From Eledone cirrhosa (Eukaryota): a DNA stretch of 64,000 bases. Positions 26,430-41,144 of the stretch are shown here, piece after piece (positions within the stretch are counted from its first letter, which is position 1; each line of letters begins with the position of its first letter). The notes under the pieces are model-generated. The model was not told the DNA's origin. It saw only the letters and a list, made by a program, of their open reading frames with translations, and searched no databases. The stretch spans positions 265,298,001 to 265,362,000 of the forward strand of contig OZ024743.1 of the NCBI GenBank assembly GCA_964016885.1. Reading direction: 5' to 3'. A program made the position numbers and the translations under genes.

Positions 26430-26462
<33 letters not shown>

Positions 26463-26473
26463 GTATATATATA

Positions 26474-26612
26474 TATTGTTATACTTTGGGAGGGTCATGT
26501 TGCCAATAAGCAAATAAGTATTGTTATACTTTGACCCTCCCAAAGTATAACAATATCGGTTTCAACACACGATTTCAGATAAAGAATCTTGCTAAACAAA
26601 TTCAGAAACGAA
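26474..26612. mobile_element. PLE terminal fragment, family C, with short fold-back
   Basis: attgttatactttgggagggtca...tgaccctcccaaagtataacaat; the rest is the reverse complement of 55018-55100; flanked by (TA)n. Confidence 0.85.
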
Positions 26613-26992
<380 letters not shown>

Positions 26993-27114
26993 AAATATAT
27001 ATATAGAGAGAGAGAGATCGAAATTATTTTTTTATTTTTTTATCTTTTTATTTTACATAGAGACACACACACACACACACACCTACATACACACACACAC
27101 ACACACACCTACAG

Positions 27115-27159
<45 letters not shown>

Positions 27160-28735
27160 CGTAAAATAACCGCTTAGTTGCCTAAATAATACTGTCAGAT
27201 TTTAAACCGCATTTGTTTCGTAATGCTGTTTTGGTATTCAAAAATAAGTAAAATCACATAGATGAGTGATCTGTAATAGTTGTCGAATCTCTCAAATGTC
27301 TTGGAGAACAAATATCAGACAATCTAGTTTTTCTACATTCTTGTGATTTTATTACCGCTCCGAGCTTTTCAATTAAAAGATCAGTCCTCGAATTCTATCA
27401 GTAGCAATAGTGGTATATATGAAGGCAGATGCGATATGTTTAGTTATAATATACAGATATCTTCCTGGGACTAAATCAGTAGCAATAGAGTTGAGTTTCA
27501 AAGCATATACCGTATGTTTATATATGATATACAGAAGGCTTGTTATATATAATTTGAGTTGAGGCTATATCACACCTATATCAGTAGCCGTATGAGAATG
27601 TCGAACAAATGTTTCTGGATTTTCATCTGTCATCAGTATCGTTTACATGGTTGGTATTGAGGCAAGGTTACGTTTATAGCTTGTATAGTTTTTGCGTATG
27701 AAACATTTTCTTGTTATGCTAAGCTGCATATAATGCGAACTTGGCCAGTTAGGATTAACTAACAGTAGCACTAACATAGCATGGTTCATAATAGATTTGT
27801 ATATAAAAGCATTTATGCTATATTTATGCATAATAACCATATATAAATATTGCCATAACTATTTTAAGTAGATCTTTGAGAATATCAGTCACGCATTTAT
27901 TTGGATTTCTATACTTCATTGCTGAGATTTACTCCTTCGGTACTTGAACCGGAAAATCTATAGTTTCTATGTTTCTTTGCGTATGAAGCATCGTATAAGA
28001 TGCCCATATGAATATAGTGCAAATAAAATATCGCTAGGAGTATTCCATTTGCATCATGCGAACAAAACTGATTCGGTTTAATTCGCAGTAGCAATAAACA
28101 TAGTAGTTCATGTGGTGTGTTAATACTACCGCTTACAAATCCTAGCCGCTCAAGTTTGTAAAACCCACCCAAATATATTAAGAAATAAAACGTTCCTCAG
28201 TATCTATATTGCTGGCCATAATTACATACTACATAAAGACTTACATACATGCATTCATACGTACATATATACGCAGATGTATAATAAATAAGTACATATA
28301 TACACACTTACACACATAAATATAAACCATATGTATGTGCGTGTGTGTGTGTATGTGCGTGTGTGCGTGCGTGTGTGTGTGCGTATGTGTGTGTGTGTTT
28401 GTGTGTCTGTCTGTGTGTGTATCTGTGTTTGTTTGTTTGTGTGTGTGTGGTGTGTAATGTGTGTGCCCTTGTAAATGAAATCCTCGTTTGCATGTATCAC
28501 TCAAATGTAGTGTTCGTAATCTCGAATATATTTCGCAAATCGTCTTTTTAGCAGCTTCTTTGAGGTTGGAAACTGATAAATACAACATTGAATTGTTTGA
28601 ATTTAAGGGAAAATTATTGATTTTCCGAACAACAGTAATATGTTTACACCTCATAATTTAGTGCAAGTAACTCGCAAAACAGGCTCATGGATCTTTATAT
28701 AGGCAGTTGCACTAAACTTTCTTTGAATATTATTA

Positions 28736-28922
28736 TGGATTGGCAGTAGCGGTAGAGGGTCGGACGCCAGGCTTTACAGCACAGTTACATCACTTTACGG
28801 ACTGAGTTCAAATCCCGCCAAAGTTAACTTTGCCTTTCATCCTTACGGGGTCGATAAAATAAAGTACCGGTAATACACTTGTATAATTGCTGGCCTTGTG
28901 CCAATAGTAGAAACAATTATTA
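28736..28922 (+). mobile_element. SINE family 1 copy
   Basis: Full head, core and ...gtagaaacaattatt tail. Confidence 0.9.
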
Positions 28923-29258
28923 AAATCATTTTTAGTAATCTGAGATCTACCTGATAAAGCTAACTATTCTGAAACTATTATAACATGCAAATTTGTATTT
29001 TCTTTTTAGTGAAAATATATTTGAAATTTTAGGGTTTCTCATTTGTTTTATTATCTTCTGGGCACAAATCTGAATTTGCTGTCGTTAATACAGAATAACC
29101 CAAATCAACGAAATATGATTAAAAGTTTTGCTCGACCTGCTAAGTATAGCAGTAAAATCGATGATCGTAAAAAAATGAGGAGACAAATTCACTTATGTAG
29201 TCTTCGATACACCCACGTTTTCGGTATGGTCGTGTCAGGAACGCATTTCATTATTTAG

Positions 29259-29450
29259 GGCGGTGGATTGGCAGTATCGGTAGAGGGTCGGACGCCATGC
29301 TTTGACGCATAGAGTTACGGTCCTTGCCATTCTGAGTTCAAATACCGCGTAGGTTAAATTTGCCTTTAATCCTTATGGGGTCGATAAAACAAAGTACTAG
29401 TAATACACTGGGTATTTGCTGGACTTGTGCCAAAAGTAGAAACAATTATT
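29259..29450 (+). mobile_element. SINE family 1 copy
   Basis: ggcggtggattggcagtatcggtagagggtcggacgcc...gtagaaacaattatt. Confidence 0.9.
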
Positions 29451-29691
29451 TAGAAAGACTTAATGCAAAAAAGGAGAAATTTCCGCATCACGCTCAATCC
29501 ATTGATTTGTGCTAGGTTTCTACCAGTTTCATATTATTGATGTTTATGAGAATTCATTTAGTGTGACTTCAGTACCAGGAGACAATAGACTGACGATGTA
29601 AAAATGGTATAATATATAGTTAATGATTTTTCCATAATTTGCAACACTCTTTCATACTTTCATATTTAGTTTCTCCTGCCCCACTCACGGT

Positions 29692-29808
<117 letters not shown>

Positions 29809-29852
29809 AGAGAGTGTTGAAGTTTGCTTCAAGCAATGTAGAATAATAAAAC

Positions 29853-30564
29853 ATTGGTCGTTTTGGAAGCCTCAACAATGCAGATGGGTAAATCTCCGGG
29901 TAACAGAATCAGGTGATGAAGAGGGGGATGTAAGAGGAAATGTAGAATGAGACGTATAGTGTGTAAAAATAATAACACGAGATACAGTTACCTTGGAAGT
30001 GGTTTACGTGTCCCTGTATTTCGGATTTCGCATCCATCAACTAGGGGTCTTTCCGAGGGGGAAAGTTTTTAGTCGGAGAGGAACGGTTTGTGGCCTCTGT
30101 TGTCCGCCGTTTGTGTACAACAGAGGCCACGTACCGTTCCGCTCCGTCTAACAACTTTTCCCCTCGGAAAAAAACCCAATTGATGGATGCGAAATCCGAA
30201 CTATAGGGACAATTAAACTACTTCCAAGGTAACTCAGCGGTGGATTGGCAGTGTCGGTAGAGGGTCGGGCGCCATGCTTTGCAGCAAAGAGTTACGGCTC
30301 TTTATGGTCTGAGTTCAAATCCCGCCAAGGTTAACTTTGCCTTTCATCCATACGGGGTCGATAAAATAAAGTACCAATAATGCACTGGATAATTGCTGGC
30401 CTTGTGCCAAAAGTAGAAACAATTATTTTTAAACTCTTTCCTACGTTCCTCTACACATTATACGTCTCATTCTACTTTTCCTCTTACATCTCTCTCTTCA
30501 CCACCTGATTCTGTTACCCGGCGAATTACACATCTGTATTGTTGAGGCTTCCAAAACGACCAAT
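29853..30564. mobile_element. Large diverged fold-back unit (arms about 250 bp) interrupted by a SINE
   Basis: attggtcgttttggaagcctcaacaat...gtggcctctgttgt / acaacagaggccac...attgttgaggcttccaaaacgaccaat; centre 30104-30116; (TA)n on both sides. Confidence 0.85.
30236..30427 (+). mobile_element. SINE family 1 copy nested in the right arm of the fold-back
   Basis: Complete SINE sequence with no counterpart in the left arm. Confidence 0.9.
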
Positions 30565-31428
30565 TTTATATATATATATATATATATATTACTTTTTTAC
30601 TCTTTTACCTGTTCCAGCCATCCAGCTGTGTGTATGTATGTATTTGTGTATGTTGATGGATAAAAAGATACATCAATGTACACAAAATGGTTGGCGATTA
30701 CCTCTTCTGAGTGTTCAACATTCGAAAATGATTCTCACTCAGGAAATCATGATCCGGTCCCATATACGTCTCATCAGATGTGGCCGTTTTTAAATCTAGT
30801 ATAATGCAGTAGGACAATAGAAAGGGCAAATGAGGACAAATGAAACAAAACAAGACAAAGCAATGTTTTATCCATTATATGTTAAGTGGTCTATAATATC
30901 ACGTGCAAATAATGTAGCTCCTAATACATAGGAAGTACCATACGTGAGCTACACATATGGATAAAGGAGCGAGTGAAGATGAGAGCCTCTTCAGTTAAAT
31001 GCATCTTGACTGATGCTGCAACCAAGCCTTTGATGTCAACATAGAGGCGGCTGATAAGAATATGGGGAATTCAATGATTAGTGAAACCATTTTCATTAGA
31101 CAAATAAAGCCAGAGATAAATAATAGGTTAGAAATACACGAAGCAGAATGAGTTGTGTAGCGACCTCATGCATGCGCATGCGTTTTTGTAAAAACATAAC
31201 GTAGTTAGGGAGAAAACTCTGAAAATTCTGATCACTCGTTTGTTTTGTCTTGGACTGATTTAGCTTCGCGTTTGAAAACAATGTTCTGGTGGTGAATTAA
31301 TAGACTAAAATACATTGGTTAAATCATTACTTTGTTTTGTTCAGCTGTCATCATTTGCTCTTCGTATTTTTCTATCACATTTAAATAAAAATCTCGTCCT
31401 TATTCACACACACGCGACCCCCCCCCCC

Positions 31429-31459
<31 letters not shown>

Positions 31460-31689
31460 CTACACACAGACACACACATATATATATATATATATATTTC
31501 GCTGCAGAATATTGAGATTATAGTAGCGTCAAGTAAAGCATTCAAACAGTTCTATATACACACGTGAACACTTCTGATCAGTAGTGTATTTGGTCGCTTA
31601 ATGCTTTGCGTGTGTGGCAATTAGTCTCGTAACTCGACAGCTAATAGGCTCGAATAGAAGAAAGTAATTGTGCGATAACTTTCCTTTGC

Positions 31690-31823
<134 letters not shown>

Positions 31824-31865
31824 GTGTCTGTGTGTGTGTATTTGTATGTGTCTATATAGACATAT

Positions 31866-31917
<52 letters not shown>

Positions 31918-32040
31918 GTATATATTTATATATATACATATATGTATATATATGTATATATATATATATATGTATATGTATATATATATGTATATTTATA
32001 TGCATATATATGTATATATTTATATGCATATATGTACGTG

Positions 32041-32082
<42 letters not shown>

Positions 32083-32555
32083 GCTATGGATATATGCATA
32101 TATGTTTATACATGTATCTGTTCCGAGAAAAAGAAGAAAAAAAAGGATTAGATGAATGTAAGCAGAGAATCATATTAAGAAAGAGAAAAGCTATTTTTCG
32201 CTAATTTGTCTTTGTATTGTCATTACGCCGCTTAGCTGTTGTTGTAGCTAAACAATGTAGCGGTAGACAGGAAGTCTGCACTGGTGATATGTTCCAATAA
32301 ATTTCACTTGAAACCATCTAACGATGAATGCTCCTTGTTTTGACTTGAATATTTTCTAACATATTAAATAGATATGTGATTATTGATTTAGCTTCTTTTC
32401 GTTGGGAAATAGTAAGGAAATTTAATTATGGGAAACATAAATGGTCTAATGCTTTGTCAGTAATGGCTACTTTACTAGGAAGGAAATATAGAAAAAAAAG
32501 GTTAAATTTAATTACTAATAATATATGTATGTATTTGTATATGTATGTATCAGTG

Positions 32556-32615
<60 letters not shown>

Positions 32616-32710
32616 TGAGTATATATATATATATATATGAATGAGTATATATATATATATATATATATATATGAATGAGTATATATATATATATATATAT
32701 ATATGAATGA

Positions 32711-32763
<53 letters not shown>

Positions 32764-32824
32764 GGGGGGGTATGTGTTTGTATGAATCTATATATATAGT
32801 TATGTACATAGATACATATATATG

Positions 32825-32899
<75 letters not shown>

Positions 32900-33737
32900 T
32901 TGTATGTAAATTTTGATATGACAAATTATTTTTCAATATCGATAGTAGCCAAAAATTGGGCGATGGGTGTGTAGAAATGGATATTAAATACATGAACAAT
33001 ATAATACCTGTTCTGACGACTTTCATCACCATCTCACCGTTAAATTTGTACACCTATCACGTCTGTTTACGAAGACAAATCTGTGCATTTATATATATAC
33101 GTATGTATGTAAGTGTGTATGTATGTATATATGCATCTATGTATGTATGCATGTGTGTGTGCCTGTGTGTATGTATATATATATATGTATGTATGTATGT
33201 ATTTGTGGGTATGTATGTATGTACGCTGCATCTATATGTCTATGTATGTATATGTGTGTATGTATGTGTACATATATTTATGTATGTATGTGTGTATGTA
33301 TGTATGTATCTATGTGTTTGTATGCGTGGCTCTATGTATGTATGTATGTATGTATGTATGTATGTATGTATGTATGTATGTATGCAGGTATGTAACACAT
33401 CTTCACGCTTACCAAGAAATACCTTTTGAATGCAGACATACATATTCAATATAAAAAAAAATGTGAAAGTCTTTGGAGGATCACTCTATTGTTATATTGG
33501 TTTATTTACTATAATTCTGATTTTGTAGCTTTATTGCTGAAATATAAGGTAGACAATACATTGGCATTGGCTAAATAAAATACGGACCCAGGCTGGAAAC
33601 ATCTCGTCAAATATGTATGAATACAAACATACACAAAACACACAGAGAGACAAAACTAACTCATATTTTTAAATATATTGAATACGTTATTTTCTTTCTA
33701 GAATTATTCCCTTCTAAATGCAAATGATTACAATAAT

Positions 33738-33857
<120 letters not shown>

Positions 33858-33899
33858 ACTTTCTCCCTCCTTCCCTTTCACTATTTTGCTGTATACATA

Positions 33900-34002
<103 letters not shown>

Positions 34003-34171
34003 TGTGTATGTGTGTGTGTGTGTGTCTGTGCGTAAATGTGTACATGTACAAATGGTCGTCGTTTAAACATTTATTAGAGTGTAAATATTTACTCCTTTCC
34101 TAACATACTCCGGAAGGATTGTAATTGGGAAATTCAGTAAAGAATGAGGAATACATCTCTTATTTGAATAC

Positions 34172-34233
<62 letters not shown>

Positions 34234-34363
34234 CATGTTGCCATAGACCACTATGCTATTCGCCTGCCGGTCACTTGTCACGTGATAATTGTTTCTTTCG
34301 AAATTTTCACTGACGGGGAACGATTGGGAATTCCTCTCTTGATTTTCTTTCTGGACTGAGAAA

Positions 34364-34441
34364 CTCTCCTGATGATTTAGGATAACTCACGATATCCCAT
34401 TCGGAATACCGTTATTTTCCTATTGAAACTGCTGTAGATAG
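34364..34441 (+). ncRNA. Hammerhead ribozyme with long stem II, slightly degenerate
   Basis: ctctc-CTGATGA(34369-34375)-tt tagga...tccta tt-GAAA(34425-34428)-c tgct GTA-gatag; stem I 4 of 5 pairs. Confidence 0.6.
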
Positions 34442-34629
34442 ATTAAAGTGAATAGGTAAAGATTGTTTCTTAAATGTTTGCTTTTTCCATATATGATATT
34501 ATTAGGCTCTGAATCTGTTAATTTTATTATCTATCTCATTGAACCAAACTCAGTCTAAGTTAGGCACACTGCATGTATGTATCTATACGCGTACAGATAT
34601 ATATACCTCTTCATTATATATATATATAT

Positions 34630-34897
34630 AAAAGAAATGTTAGCTCTACATGGCTGAATACAATAAATATAATCTGAGTTTTTCGAATATTAATAATAAT
34701 TGTTTCTACTTAATAATATTCGATTCATTTGCAATTATACAAACAAGCCTCATTTTTAAAGCCATATCAGTAGAACATAAGAGCAAGAATGAGGAGCTCA
34801 TTCTACTGACATGGCTTTAAAAATGAGACTTGTTTGCATAATTGCAAACTAATCGAATAGTATTATTAATATTCGAAAACCTCAGATTATATTTATA
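34630..34897. mobile_element. PLE-type fold-back unit, family B copy 2
   Basis: Left arm to ...gccatatcagtagaa (34775); the right part is the reverse complement of the family sequence, ending ...ctcagattatattta; flanked by (TA)n. Confidence 0.85.
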
Positions 34898-36316
34898 TAT
34901 ATATATATATATACAGTATATATATGTTATTTTAAATGTCTGAGAACATTTTATATCATATTGTAGCAAATGATTCAGTGACTAAGCTCATTGTTTTCCT
35001 TGACTATCCCAAAGGTTTTTCATGTTTCTTTTTCATACTTGTCTCTTTTTGTTCCAAGAAAAAAATATGGGTTCAAGTTTGTAACAATTCCACTAATCAC
35101 GTAATTATTATATTTGTTAGTTTGTGAATTGTGTCTTAACGTCAGGGATCATGTTATTGAATTTAAAACAAAGAAAAACATGCCAAGCCTGATCTCTCAT
35201 ATGTTTATCTAGGGCTGTTTGCAATGCTTATCACTATATGATTTGCTTTTAGCATAGAATAGCGATGGCAGAATGTGAAACACCAACATTTCTCGACAAG
35301 TTCTCATAAATTAGAGAATTATGAGTGAAATACACGTTGGCATGGCTTAACGCATCACATTCTTTCTACCAATTCAGGTTGACTCTAATGGAATTAGATG
35401 ACTGAACAATTATCAAACCTATCGAATCCAATATGTTCAGTACGCAGAACACAGGTAATTCGAGTTGATATGGAAGTGTCAAAAGAAAAACAAAAAATAG
35501 AAGCCAAGAAAATATAGTGAATTACGTTTGTCTCACACTTTTAAAGCAGGAATTAATATCCACAAAATCTCGCTTTTGTGCAATTCTTGAAATATATTTT
35601 ACCAAATTATTTAATCAGTCGAATTCCCCACGTTAGGACTTCTCTAAATAAGGCTAATGACAGTAAAATTATCATAAACATTAGAGCCTAGTGCGAAACG
35701 CCCCAGGCCATATTTTCAGACTCCATGGGTTCAAATCATGCATTGCCCAAAGTCTTCCTACTCTAGAGTCAATAAATAAGGCATATGTCTAGAAGTGACT
35801 TGTGAGAAGGGCAATTAAGAAGCCTTGCAATATTTGTTCCTGCAAAAACGGCCACTAGCCTACTTGGGCGTTTAGAAACATCAATCTACCACCACCACCA
35901 CCACCTCCACCCCAACCACTAACACACCAATCCCCACCACAACCACCGTCAAGCACTTTAGGAGCCTTTAGTGATACCATTCGGGCTAGGGCCACTGTTT
36001 TAGGATGCCACTCAAATACATTGGGTTAAACTACAGCAAAAGCAACACATTCTGTGAATTTATCTACTGAACATTTACCTGGAAAGTTGAGATTCATTGC
36101 TCTTCCGACGTTCCACCACCAACTATGATTGCAACACTAAGTCCCAGTTAATAAAAATGATGATCCAGCATGGACTTAGATGAGATGGCTAAACTAAGCT
36201 AAAGAACTGAAAATATGGTCAATATATTCTTCAAATATTGGAACGCTCTTTTTCAAGAAATATATCGAGAAATATACCGGTGTAGATAACTCTGATGTAT
36301 ATCAAAACTTTACTTA

Positions 36317-36500
36317 TAATTGTTTCTGCTTTTGGCACACAGACAGCAATATCCAAGTATATTACTGGTACTTTATTTTATAGACCCCGTAAGGATGAAA
36401 GGCAAAGTTAGCCTCGGCGGCATTTGAACTCAGACGATAAAGGGCTGTAACTCTTTGCTGCAAAGCATGGCGTCGGACCCTCTACCGATACTGCCAATCC
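36317..36500 (-). mobile_element. SINE family 1 copy
   Basis: Conserved core and head. Confidence 0.9.
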
Positions 36501-37620
36501 TTTACTTACAATACCCTACATGTTCCCCCTATTTACTATTTTACAGTTTCATTCATTTGTTCATTTGTGTTGCTTATACCCTTAAATTATTTAGCGTAGT
36601 CTGACTTAATGTCATCGAATTGGCATAATCGCAGTGATTCGGATATATAATGCTTTGCGGTATTTGTCCTAGCTCTTTTTACTCGAAGCGCAAATTCTGT
36701 CGAGGCCAGTCTTGTTTTGCACCATTTTATTCGTTATAGATTCGGACGGTGTGCCTTGCATTAACCCTTCTGGCTCGGCCTATTGATAATAAAATTTGAC
36801 ATGACTCTTGTATTTCTAGTTTCTCCTGGACACCATTAGTGCCGGAAAGAGAGTAGACATGTATGGGCAACTGTTGCTCCTCCATAAAAAAACCATTTCC
36901 CTAGGCCCATGCATAGGAGTAACTTTGTGATAGGAACGATAAATGTGAATATTATAAATTGTTCTTACTAAATGAACAAGTGTGTATGTAGTATTTTATC
37001 TCGATCTATTTGATCAACAAATGTGTATATTTTACAATTATCTCAAACTATTCATGGAACATGATAATATACGTTATCTTGGAATGATACATTCTATTTA
37101 CATATCTAAATTATATCTGAGCATCCCATATTCCTGGTTTAGTTCATGAACATGTTTTAGTTGCTTCCGTATGTGAATCAGCAGCATTAATAACACGAGT
37201 CAGAAAAGAGATATTTGGCAAATGAAATAGACCTTATTTTCTTATGCAGTAAATTATGCAAAAATACATAAATAAACAGAGAAAAGAAATAATTTCCAAT
37301 ACTATATGTATTGTCTTCCTTAAATTTTCAACTTCTTTGGATCTAAGAGATATGAAAATCCTAAACATATCTCCTATAAATATTCTCAATTGCTGCATAA
37401 TTTTATAATACTGATATAAGGACTATCAATAAGTATCAGATTTCATTTTCATTTCGTTTCATTATTGTTTAAGATTAGATGTCAGTAACGCTGAAGGAAG
37501 CGTATCAATCAACAAACAACTTGCCACCCGTTCTAAGAATCATAAACATGATCTTCTGATTGTGCGCCCAACAGCTTAGTGATTATGCCACGCAGCTTCA
37601 CACACGCACAAAATATATAA

Positions 37621-37666
<46 letters not shown>

Positions 37667-38062
37667 TTTATGTAATAAACAACATCAGACAATTATTCCA
37701 TTTACCAAAGTTTTCACGAAGACAGGCGATACCGACACAGACGTCTGAAATCGCTCATCAGAAAGAAATTTTATTTGATATGGATGTAAGATATGAATTT
37801 TAAAACAAAGGCTAAAACAATTAAAAGCGAGGCTGATATATAATATAAAATAAAATAACGGGACAAAATAGAAGGTAATGTAATGGGGAAAAATAATAAA
37901 TATATATATAAACATCTACCCACACATATACTTATACTCATACACATAGACATAAACATACGTACATTTTCACACATATGTACATACATATATATATACA
38001 TAAATACATACATACGTACATATACACAGATACACATGTATACATACATACACATACACACA

Positions 38063-38104
<42 letters not shown>

Positions 38105-38184
38105 AATATATATATATTTATATATATATATGTGTACATACGCACACACACATGTATATATATATGTGTGTGTGTGTGTGTATT

Positions 38185-38560
38185 TGTTTTGCAAGGTTTT
38201 TGATATGAAATCGTCTGTCGAAACAAATATTGTTATATTAGGGGAGGGTCATATTGTTATGTATTGCCAGAAATGATAACAAAACACTCTCACTGTTTGA
38301 TTTGGGTGGTTTTCGAGTCTGCATGTTTTATATCTCCATAGCTAATTTATTTGGCAATCAATGTTTGTCATTGGTTGATCAACGGCTAAAAATACAGATA
38401 TAAATATATATATATAGTCTATGAAAGTTCTTTCGTTACACATCTGCGACACCATCAGTGGTACTCCCATTGTTTCCTCCCATTGTATTGTAATATCTAC
38501 GCCATTTTTATTTAATTTATTTTATCATTTCTTCTTGTCTCTGTCTCTGCGCATGCGTTT
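38185..38560 (-). mobile_element. Diverged family C PLE terminus with degenerate hammerhead
   Basis: gaaatcgtctgtcgaaacaaatattgttatattaggggagggtcat and aaagttctttcgttacacatctgcgacaccatcagtg parallel 55056-55100 and 55240-55277. Confidence 0.6.
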
Positions 38561-39984
38561 GCGTGTGTGTTTAATGTTTGGTGTGTGTGTTCCCGTGTGA
38601 GTGTATGTTTTTTAAAATTGTTATTGTATCTTTATTCACTAGTGTGTGTTTATATGTGTTTCTTGTTATTGTACTTGTGTATATATTTATATATATATAC
38701 ACATATATATGCATATATATGTGTATATATATGTGTATATATGTATGTGTGTCTGTGTATGTGTGTGTGTGTCTCTGTCTGTGAGAACCTTTGTGTCTGT
38801 TTGCATTTATATCCCATAAATTAGCGTTTCTAACACAAATAAAAGCTACGAATTATTACAACATTTGAAAAAGATTACTTGGGTCAATATGCCCGACGAA
38901 AATCTTAAACACAAGGTAATGCCCTGTCTGCTTTTGACTAATGGTTGAAACTAGTTAATGATTTTAACATAAATTCATCATTTGCTATATTGGGCCAGTT
39001 CCTCATTGACAACGTTCTTCCTCTGATATGGAATAGAATTGGTTATCAATCAATCCATCGGGATGTAGAAGGAGGGTTTAGAGCGAGTCGGGATAGAGAT
39101 ATAAAGAAAAAGGAGAGGGTGGGAGACAGATGAGAAAGAAAGGGTGAGAGAGAACAGAGGATGTCTCTGTGTGAGTGTAAGAGAGACAGGTTGTACATTG
39201 GTAGTTTATAGACCACGGAATGAAGAAATACAAAGTGCCAGAAAAAATACTTCTAGGTATTTTTGGCAGTCTCTCTAATGATTCTGCCAATCGACCGTTC
39301 TATCATTGATATATTATGCCGTTTTCATTGACTGTATATAATTTATGTAATCTTCAAATAATACATTTGGCACATGCGATAAATATTACTCTATATATAC
39401 CATAAATATTACATTTGATATCAAATAAATGTTATATTCTATATATGATGTTTCATTAGATATACATCTTGATAACATATGGCCGACTTCGTTCTTGTCT
39501 GTATAACTTCTTCAAGTATGAAAATGTATTGCATAGAACAACAAAAATAATTGCTGATACAGAAGAGATTCGTCTGCCGGTTTTGCTCTCATCGAGATAT
39601 ACACACACAGCGACACCCACACATATGCACATATGCGCACTTGCCTACACACTTACACTCATACACAGATACCCGTACAATTACACTCACACAAATGCAC
39701 ACGTAATCTTTTATACTTTATAAAATAACACAAATTTACTTGAGAATGTTTTTAAACTACTGGAGAGTATAGATCGAGCAGAAGTTTTCACAAAGGCTTT
39801 GCGCCATGGTCATCTCTTCTTTATTTTATGAGCAATGAAACAAGACAAGATTATCCAAACGTAGCCATTTCTAAGACGGTGACAATGAACATTTAGAGAG
39901 GTTTGGCAGGCATTTGAAGAAGATCATTAGATAAGTTCAGGCATAACTATCAATAATACTTATTATTTAAAAGCAAGAGGTTGG

Positions 39985-40180
39985 TTGATTGACAATATAT
40001 GTAGAGCGTCGGACAATATGCTTTGCAGTATATAGCTACGGCTCTTTATGTTCTAAGTTCAAATCCGGCGGAGGTTAGCTTTGCCTTTAATCCTTACGGT
40101 GTTGACAAAATAAAGTACCAATCACGCACAGGGTTCGATTAAACATTGCTGGCCTTGTACCTAAATCAGAAACCATTATT
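39985..40180 (+). mobile_element. SINE family 1 copy, diverged
   Basis: aagttcaaatccggcggaggttagctttgcctttaatccttacggtgttgacaaaataaagtacc...gaaaccattatt. Confidence 0.8.
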
Positions 40181-41144
40181 TAAAAGCAAAAAAAAAAACA
40201 ATATTTATTTAATTCCATAATATGCCTCTATGTGTGTATGCTTGTATGTATAAGTTTATTCTGTGTTTGTGCGTCTACGTCTAACAATGCGGCAGTTTAG
40301 GTACAAACCGTTTATCACTGGATGATGTCTATTTATATTCTGTAAGTTAGAAGTATGTCAAGGAGAGATTCCCGAATTAATTACGAGAAATATAAGTAGA
40401 GAAGTTGGTATGATAGAATAAACCCTGAAGTGGTGCCCCAGCATGGCCGCAGTCAAACGGCCGAGTAATAAGAGAGTAAATAATACATACATACAAACAT
40501 GAATCTCTTAAAATGATATTTGCTTTAGAATCAAACAACTACGACATCAGAGGTTTCTCGGATCTCGTTAAAACTAACAATTTTCTTTCTTGGCTATTTT
40601 TGTTTCTTTAATTTACAGGCTTCTATTTAAAGCAATTTTAAATAGTTTTCTGTTTTACCTTGTTTACGTGTAATATCGGTGTTTGTTCTCTTTTTTTCCA
40701 TTATACGTCGTAAAAAGTTTCTTCTATTTAGAATTCTATAGCAAATCGGATATATTTTGTAACATATCTTCATCTGTTCCTTGTCCGTCACCGTTCGTTA
40801 AAATTTACGCATAGTTATTTGGTTAAGACATCTGTGTTTTCTATTTTAGATGTCACTATTTGGCACACTGGGCATTTTTCTTTTAATCATATTCTCGGAT
40901 TATTAACAAATTGTGTTTGAGTGAAATTTGGTGAAACATATCCCCGGGGATTTCATTCGGAAATATGGATCTTGTTTTGGGGTGGGCACCTAATCTGCCG
41001 CACAATTTTACAGCTTTACTTTGCCGTTGTATTATTATTCTGATCAAAGATCAGTTGGTTATGAATGACAAGAGCAACGCTCCGAGAGCATACTCAGGCT
41101 TCTGGCTAAATATTTTACCTTCAGTAAAATATTTAGCCATATAT

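Noticed and set aside
29259-29350. tRNA gene
   Set aside because: The A and B boxes belong to a SINE head; no cloverleaf is evident.
37715-37765. Minus-strand CTGATGA gcga...tcgc
   Set aside because: Stem II pairs but GAAA and stem III are absent.
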